Shown: positions 58,587 through 64,000 of the stretch, one piece after another
Layout: every line of letters starts with the position of its first letter
How positions within the stretch are numbered: position 1 is the first letter of the stretch
The notes under the pieces: generated by a model
Seen by the model: the letters and a program-made list of their open reading frames with translations, nothing else
The model's database searches: none
Told to the model about the DNA's origin: nothing
Position numbers and translations under genes: made by a program
Assembly: GCA_964609895.1 (NCBI GenBank)
Contig: CAZSTG010000002.1
Coordinates: 3,362-67,361, forward strand
From: an uncultured Gammaproteobacteria bacterium
GTDB taxonomy: Bacteria > Patescibacteriota > Microgenomatia > UBA10105 > UBA927
Direction of reading: 5' to 3'
DNA: 64,000 nucleotides

Positions 58587-60110
58587 CTATCGTATGAACG
58601 ATTTTTTATCTTGATATATTCGTTCAATATATCCCCGCATGGACCAAAAGATGATCACCATAGGAAGAGAAACGTGCATCATGGTGAATAAATTGGCAAA
58701 AAGATAGAGCCAACTAATGGAACTGAGAGACGCAAATATAAGTAATTCATCATTCTTAAGTATACGTGCCAGACGCACGTCTATTTGCAGAAACGTTGCA
58801 AGCAGCCACGTGAGAACTAAAAATCCGATTACGCCATTTTCAGCAAGAACGGTCAGATACCAATTATGCGGATATGCATAGACATTTTGAAGAATTTTAT
58901 AGTTTGGTTCATAGACGCGTCCTCCATATCTGGAGTATACAATCTGCACATTATCCTTATAATTTCCTAATCCGACTCCGAGCAGCGGGTGCTGTATAAA
59001 TATGTCAATTGCTTGGTTGTACATGACAAATCTTCGTTCAACACTGACAACATCTTCGGAATAGCTTTTCATCAGAAATCGATCAATAATGGTGCTTTTA
59101 AAAAAGATTACGGATATGCCGAGATAGAGGGCAAAAAGTATTCCACCTATGGAGAGGAACCATTTAGTTATGACTTTTCTTTCTTTGGGTATGTATATCC
59201 ACATAAGAATAAATCCAAGACCATAGGTGAGGAATCTATACCGGTAGTTCACAAGAAAAATTGCGATTAAGGAAACGGAAAAAATTATGAGGCTAGCCCA
59301 GAAGAGTTTTTTTTGTTTCATTTGTTTGGCAAAAAGAAGTATCGCGATGATGCATGGAGTAAAATATTCGAAATCAATGATGGAAAAAATACGTCCTCTT
59401 GCCAAATCATGCGCAAAAACACTTCGTTCATACGAAGGGTACAGGACTTCTATGAGAGATGATCCTAAGGGTTTATCAATAAAAACAAGCAAGACCAAGA
59501 GAGAAGCACCGAGCATAAACCAAGGGTAGGTACTGATAATCCGTTTTGCCTCTGCCCATGAGAAAAACCAATAGGATAAGAACATGAACAGCAGGCCGGT
59601 GAAAGCAATATTTACATCCTGCAGAAAAAAGTTGCTGTTTGTCATGGAAAATACTGATAAAAGAAGGCTTATGACATAGAGGCAGACGGGATACAATGAA
59701 TACATTGACAGAAATGGAAGAATTTTTTTGGCAATGATTTGTATGCACACGGCTCCAACCAACAGAAGCGCAAAGAATTTTGCAAATCCTAATGTGGTAT
59801 TAAATCGGAGTATGGATGGTAGCCTCATCGGTCCAAAGAATGTCAATAGCAATCCACTGGTAAGAAGAGATGGCAGGAATGTGCCCCACTGAATTTTTTT
59901 TCTGTATATAACAACTCCCAACAATGCCAAAATGAGAGGCACAATGACAATTGCCGATCCTTTTGAAGGAAGGTATCCAAGTTCCGATAAGCTCGAAGTT
60001 GCGCCCGGATCATATGGTAAATCCTGAGGGAATTCAGACCGATAATTTGGAACTTGTTTTTGAAGATTATAGGAATTATCAAATCGATTCGGATATTGTG
60101 CGTTTTCCAT
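58587..60110 (-). CDS. Polytopic membrane protein, O-antigen polymerase/ligase-like (Wzy/WaaL-type) by topology and context
   Basis: The 507-aa ORF has more than 10 TM helices with a large loop. It sits in the glycan cluster. Confidence 0.4.
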   Translation of the reverse strand: MENAQYPNRFDNSYNLQKQVPNYRSEFPQDLPYDPGATSSLSELGYLPSKGSAIVIVPLILALLGVVIYRKKIQWGTFLPSLLTSGLLLTFFGPMRLPSILRFNTTLGFAKFFALLLVGAVCIQIIAKKILPFLSMYSLYPVCLYVISLLLSVFSMTNSNFFLQDVNIAFTGLLFMFLSYWFFSWAEAKRIISTYPWFMLGASLLVLLVFIDKPLGSSLIEVLYPSYERSVFAHDLARGRIFSIIDFEYFTPCIIAILLFAKQMKQKKLFWASLIIFSVSLIAIFLVNYRYRFLTYGLGFILMWIYIPKERKVITKWFLSIGGILFALYLGISVIFFKSTIIDRFLMKSYSEDVVSVERRFVMYNQAIDIFIQHPLLGVGLGNYKDNVQIVYSRYGGRVYEPNYKILQNVYAYPHNWYLTVLAENGVIGFLVLTWLLATFLQIDVRLARILKNDELLIFASLSSISWLYLFANLFTMMHVSLPMVIIFWSMRGYIERIYQDKKSFIR

Positions 60111-60113
60111 GGA

Positions 60114-60926
60114 TTACTCAACGGAGAGTATCTCGCCCTCGCTCAGATTATAATTAGTAAAAAGGAGCCATATACTGCTTCCTGTTTTTATATATTGTTC
60201 TTCCCTGTATACAAACTCTCCGTTTTGTTCGACCATTTTCAATTTGACCGTAAGATAAAAATCTTCATATATCGTACTTGCAGTTCTCACAAGCTGCCCG
60301 TTATTGTTTGCCGCTTCGGTGAGTGCGGGTGTCCGACTTTTTTCTAGTATTTCAGTGATAACGATTCCATCGCCGTCGACAATGGTGTCACCTACGTGTA
60401 TTGCATCAAATTCATACGGCCAGCGATTTTTATGACGTATATGGACGATTTTTTCAACGTACTGTTTATTGTATTCGCCGTCTTTATATATAGCCACAAT
60501 CATGCCTGGAAAAAAAGCATTATTCAGGTCTAAGCTGATCGGATCACCGATTGCCACAGGTTCACCTTTATACCGATACTGATTTGTTTTCTTGTTGTGT
60601 TGTACTGCCAAACGAACGGAAAGATATGCATCCCGTGTAGATCCACCTGCATCATACACATCAACTGCCATCACTTCTGCTGTCGCTTTGTTTGCACTAT
60701 TGTATTCTTTATCTCCCTTTTTAATGGAGAATGCTAGCCAATCAGGGGGTCTTGGTGTGACCCACCACCAGTTTCCAGGACTGCCCTTGACACGAACGAT
60801 AATATACTCCTGTTTTACGATGACTAACTTATACGTAAGAACGCCGCTTAATCCTAATACTGCACATATCATGATGAGTAAGCGAAGATGTTGCAGGAAA
60901 AATTTTTTTGCTTTTTTGATTTTCAT
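60114..60926 (-). CDS. Hypothetical membrane-anchored protein
   Basis: An N-terminal TM is present and no motif was recognised. Confidence 0.4.
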   Translation of the reverse strand: MKIKKAKKFFLQHLRLLIMICAVLGLSGVLTYKLVIVKQEYIIVRVKGSPGNWWWVTPRPPDWLAFSIKKGDKEYNSANKATAEVMAVDVYDAGGSTRDAYLSVRLAVQHNKKTNQYRYKGEPVAIGDPISLDLNNAFFPGMIVAIYKDGEYNKQYVEKIVHIRHKNRWPYEFDAIHVGDTIVDGDGIVITEILEKSRTPALTEAANNNGQLVRTASTIYEDFYLTVKLKMVEQNGEFVYREEQYIKTGSSIWLLFTNYNLSEGEILSVE

Positions 60927-60941
60927 TGGTCTATATATACA

Positions 60942-62156
60942 TCATCGAGTTTCCAATATCAAGCGATAGAACGCCTCATATTTTTTTGCAATGTATTGAA
61001 TAGTAAAGAATTTTTGTGCGTAGCGTTTTGCTTGTGTCCCAATGGTGCGTCTTTTTGATTCATGAGAAAGCAAATCGTGTATTGCTGCAGTAAGTGAATT
61101 GACGTCATTTGGCGGGATGAGAATACCATAGGTATTGTTTCTGATCGATTCTGGAGTTCCGCCGACATTGGTGGCAATGACAGAACAACCTGAGGTCATC
61201 CCCTCAATCACCGTTCTTCCGCATGGTTCGGACCATAATGAGGGAACGACTACAATTTTTGCTCTGCGGTAAAACTGTATCATGTGCGGGTGTTTGTGTT
61301 CGCTCATAATTTGTACAGACTGTTCTAAATGTAATGTCTGAATCAGCTGCTTATATACTGCGGTTTCACCGCCGCCGATGAGTGAAACGCGGACGTGTTG
61401 TCGTGCTGTCACCTGTTTAATTGCATAGAGCAATGTTTCAATTCCTTTATACCAAACGAGTTTTCCAACATAGAGAATATCGATATCCTTTTGCGTTTTT
61501 TTCATATGAAACCACGTGTTCGGAACGCCATTTCCAATGATGGACGTTTGTATGTGGGGAGCCATGTTTTTTAGTTTTTGTTCGACAAAATGACTTACAC
61601 AGATCGCATATCGTATATGGGACACACACCGCTTTCGCATATATTTCTTCATCTGGCCTTGTATGTATGGTATGAGGTTTTTTGGAGAAAGAATAAAAAA
61701 GTCCTTCCGACGGATGATTTTCGTTTTGCCGGTCGGGCGAGGAATTGCGTTTTGCCGTTCAAATAACAGATCGTTTTCTGGGGAGATAAGTCCGTAATCC
61801 TGAATGACCGCAACGAATGTATGGCAAAAGTATTTCCAATACGAAAGAAGTGAAATGCTATCAACATCGATAGCCTGAATGATATCCGCGTGTTGCAGGA
61901 ATGCATCAGATTTGAGATGTTGCCGTAACAAGAGACTGCGGATCGGCAGCAGGAGCGTTCGAAAGGGGACGGGATATAAGAATGGCGTTGTTTTTATACA
62001 ATACCCGTGCACATATTGTGTTTTTTGTTTCCCACCCGTATATATCGTAATTGTATGACCGCGTGCGACTAATTCTTTTGCGACTAGTTCTGTAAGTATT
62101 TCAGCACCACCGATATATGTTGAGGGCAAATAGCTGGAAAATATCGCGATATTCAT
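60942..62156 (-). CDS. Family 4 glycosyltransferase
   Basis: GGAEILTELVAKELVARGHTITIY is the N-domain and EPCGRTVIEGMTSGCSVIATNVGGTPESI the C-domain signature. Confidence 0.85.
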   Translation of the reverse strand: MNIAIFSSYLPSTYIGGAEILTELVAKELVARGHTITIYTGGKQKTQYVHGYCIKTTPFLYPVPFRTLLLPIRSLLLRQHLKSDAFLQHADIIQAIDVDSISLLSYWKYFCHTFVAVIQDYGLISPENDLLFERQNAIPRPTGKTKIIRRKDFFILSPKNLIPYIQGQMKKYMRKRCVSHIRYAICVSHFVEQKLKNMAPHIQTSIIGNGVPNTWFHMKKTQKDIDILYVGKLVWYKGIETLLYAIKQVTARQHVRVSLIGGGETAVYKQLIQTLHLEQSVQIMSEHKHPHMIQFYRRAKIVVVPSLWSEPCGRTVIEGMTSGCSVIATNVGGTPESIRNNTYGILIPPNDVNSLTAAIHDLLSHESKRRTIGTQAKRYAQKFFTIQYIAKKYEAFYRLILETR

Positions 62157-63274
62157 ATCTTTTTTGCGGATTCGGCAATCTCTTTATACACAGCGTATGT
62201 TTTTTTGGCACAGGCAGTCCATGAATATTGTGCTGCCCGTCGTATGCCCAGACTGCGGTATTTCTTCTGTGTTTTTTGATCATTAATCAGGTGTTGTATT
62301 GTTTTCATTTCTGCAGTTGTCGGAGGAAGAGAGATGTATATGCCGTTATTTTGAACCATTTCCATAAGTGCCGGAATATGACTGACAATGACAGGACAAC
62401 CGCACGCCATTGCCTCGAGTACGGTAAATCCAAACCCTTCTGCATAGGAGGGTTGAAGAAGTACCGTGGCTGCCGTATAGATTGGAGGTAAATCCTTTTC
62501 GGGAATTGAGCCTAAGTGCCGTATCCTCTGTGCAAACGGTGATGTCTGTATGAAGGCCTCTTGTTCCTTTGTCCACGGTTCACCAACTTTTACGAGATGG
62601 AGATTCCGGTCGCGTTTTGCAAGGATAAAAAATATGTTCAGTAACCCCTCAATATTTTTATTGTAATATGTTGTGCCTACATGCAGGAGATAGGTGTCCG
62701 GAAGCGCGTATTGCTTTTTTATTCGATGCAATACCTGTACATCAGTGCAGGGAGTAAATGTTGAAGCCACCCCTTCGGGGATAACGATAACTTGTTTTTC
62801 GGGAATATGGAGATACCGGATGATGTCTTGTTTTGTTGCTTCAGATACAGCGAGTATTCTTGCAGCATGTCGCATCCGTCCGACTCTCCAACGTTCTATT
62901 GCATGTTTTATCTGTTTTTTGATCGTCGGCTTAACATACTGCATCATCCAATACGGCGCAGTGAGGTCATGGCACGTGATAATTGTTTTTTTCGGATCGA
63001 GTACTGCAAGAAGATGGGCGTTTGCGTGGTCGGTAATATGATATACATCTGCATGCTTACCAAGAATTCCCATGGGGTTAACGATATAACGGAATACTTG
63101 CCTGATTTGTTTGTGGCGCGCCGAGAATAACTTGGATAGGGCAGGAAGTGTGACATGCGAGGTAATTGACAATGGTTTTTTGAGAGAGAGCAATGCGTTT
63201 TTGAGCTTGTCCGCATAGACATCCATACTCGTCCAATGCTCTTCTTTGTAGTCAGGTAAAAAAAGGACGTTCAT
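62153..63274 (-). CDS. Family 4/1 glycosyltransferase
   Basis: EGFGFTVLEAMACGCPVIVSHIPALMEMV is the GT-B motif. Confidence 0.85.
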   Translation of the reverse strand: MNVLFLPDYKEEHWTSMDVYADKLKNALLSLKKPLSITSHVTLPALSKLFSARHKQIRQVFRYIVNPMGILGKHADVYHITDHANAHLLAVLDPKKTIITCHDLTAPYWMMQYVKPTIKKQIKHAIERWRVGRMRHAARILAVSEATKQDIIRYLHIPEKQVIVIPEGVASTFTPCTDVQVLHRIKKQYALPDTYLLHVGTTYYNKNIEGLLNIFFILAKRDRNLHLVKVGEPWTKEQEAFIQTSPFAQRIRHLGSIPEKDLPPIYTAATVLLQPSYAEGFGFTVLEAMACGCPVIVSHIPALMEMVQNNGIYISLPPTTAEMKTIQHLINDQKTQKKYRSLGIRRAAQYSWTACAKKTYAVYKEIAESAKKI

Positions 63275-63357
63275 AATTGCATGGTAGAGTATAGTGATTT
63301 TCCGTGCATATTGCCTATGATGTTAGTTTCTTGAACATTATTGTACAATAAACCACA

Positions 63358-64000
63358 ATGAAGAGATCTGCAGTTTATATTGTTTATTCAAATTTGCTCC
63401 TCGGTGGTATTCCAACCAAAATTATTGATATTGCAAATGCGTTTCGTTCGTCAAAGACGACTGTCTACATAGTACTGCAAAAGGGAGCTCCGCAGGATTT
63501 ACGTTCATCCATAACAAACAAACACGTACATATTATTGATAGTCCATCACAAAATCCAGTCATATTTATGTTTTGGATATGGATGCGGCTTCTTTCTGAC
63601 AGGCCTTCGTCTGTACTTGCGTTTGTGAGTTCCTATGCATTACCCGTACTTTTGATAAAGACATTGTTTTTGCATGCAATGCGTGTTGTGGTTAGCGAAG
63701 ATCATTATACACAAACAATGCTGCAATCCATGAGATTTCCTGCACTGCAGCGTATAGGTATCCAATACTTGTATCCGAAAGCGGATAGCATCATTGTTCC
63801 AACGCATGAGATTAAACAACAGTTGCAATCATTTTTTGCTAGACCATTGTCTCAAATAACTGTCATTCGTAACTGGACACGTTTTTCTGCACCCGTCAAG
63901 CCGTTGAAGCAGACAATTGACATTGTTCATATTGGAAGATTAGTCCCTTCAAAAAACCCGATGCGCATCGTTCAATGCATGCATGCATATTGTACAAAAT
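63358..64000 (+). CDS. Glycosyltransferase (GT4-like N-domain), 3'-truncated by window end
   Basis: The frame stays open from ATG 63358 to the window end (MKRSAVYIVYSNLLLGGIPTKIIDIANAF...). It is not in the ORF track because no stop lies within the window. Confidence 0.5.
   Translation, partial: MKRSAVYIVYSNLLLGGIPTKIIDIANAFRSSKTTVYIVLQKGAPQDLRSSITNKHVHIIDSPSQNPVIFMFWIWMRLLSDRPSSVLAFVSSYALPVLLIKTLFLHAMRVVVSEDHYTQTMLQSMRFPALQRIGIQYLYPKADSIIVPTHEIKQQLQSFFARPLSQITVIRNWTRFSAPVKPLKQTIDIVHIGRLVPSKNPMRIVQCMHAYCTK

Noticed and set aside
63331-63350. TTGAAC…TACAAT as promoter for the last glycosyltransferase
   Set aside because: The spacer between the hexamers is only about 7 nt, so it is not a functional −35/−10 pair.

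Overview
This 64-kb window comes from a small-gene bacterial chromosome. Sortase use, ribosomal-protein extensions and many short hypothetical proteins suggest a Gram-positive-type or CPR/Patescibacteria-like organism, but that is a weak inference. The backbone is housekeeping: MreB, Maf, Ndk, an M16 peptidase, RpiB/Rpe/transketolase, GalU, a GalT-like enzyme, a Tdh–Kbl threonine-catabolism operon, AdoMetDC, an OtsA trehalose locus, six tRNAs, and rpmG … tRNA-Trp … secE-nusG … rplK-rplA-rplJ-rplL.

Several things sit on top of that backbone:
- A REP-associated tyrosine transposase (RAYT, 47980-48645) is flanked by inverted GAGGGTC(A/T)GACCCTC palindromes. At least 10 REP/BIME-like copies are scattered through the window. 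One is inserted in frame inside the transketolase gene and others lie exactly in intergenic gaps.
- The normally contiguous secE-nusG-rplKAJL block is split by a 3.7-kb island of unknown genes that carry a duplicated extended -10 promoter module. A second block separates tRNA-Trp/rpmG from secE.
- A PAPS-synthesis module (Sat/CysC fusion plus a TauE/TSUP transporter) abuts a glycan-assembly locus (several GT4/GT1, a Wzx-like flippase, a Wzy/ligase-like protein and a radical-SAM/SPASM enzyme) that contains no recognisable sulfotransferase.
- Smaller items: a sortase with an LPVAG substrate, a PDATEA tandem-repeat membrane protein, a PPAT–DUF359-like fusion, and a perfect-consensus promoter driving a roughly 50-nt terminated transcript.

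All calls rest on motif reading by eye. No database search was possible.
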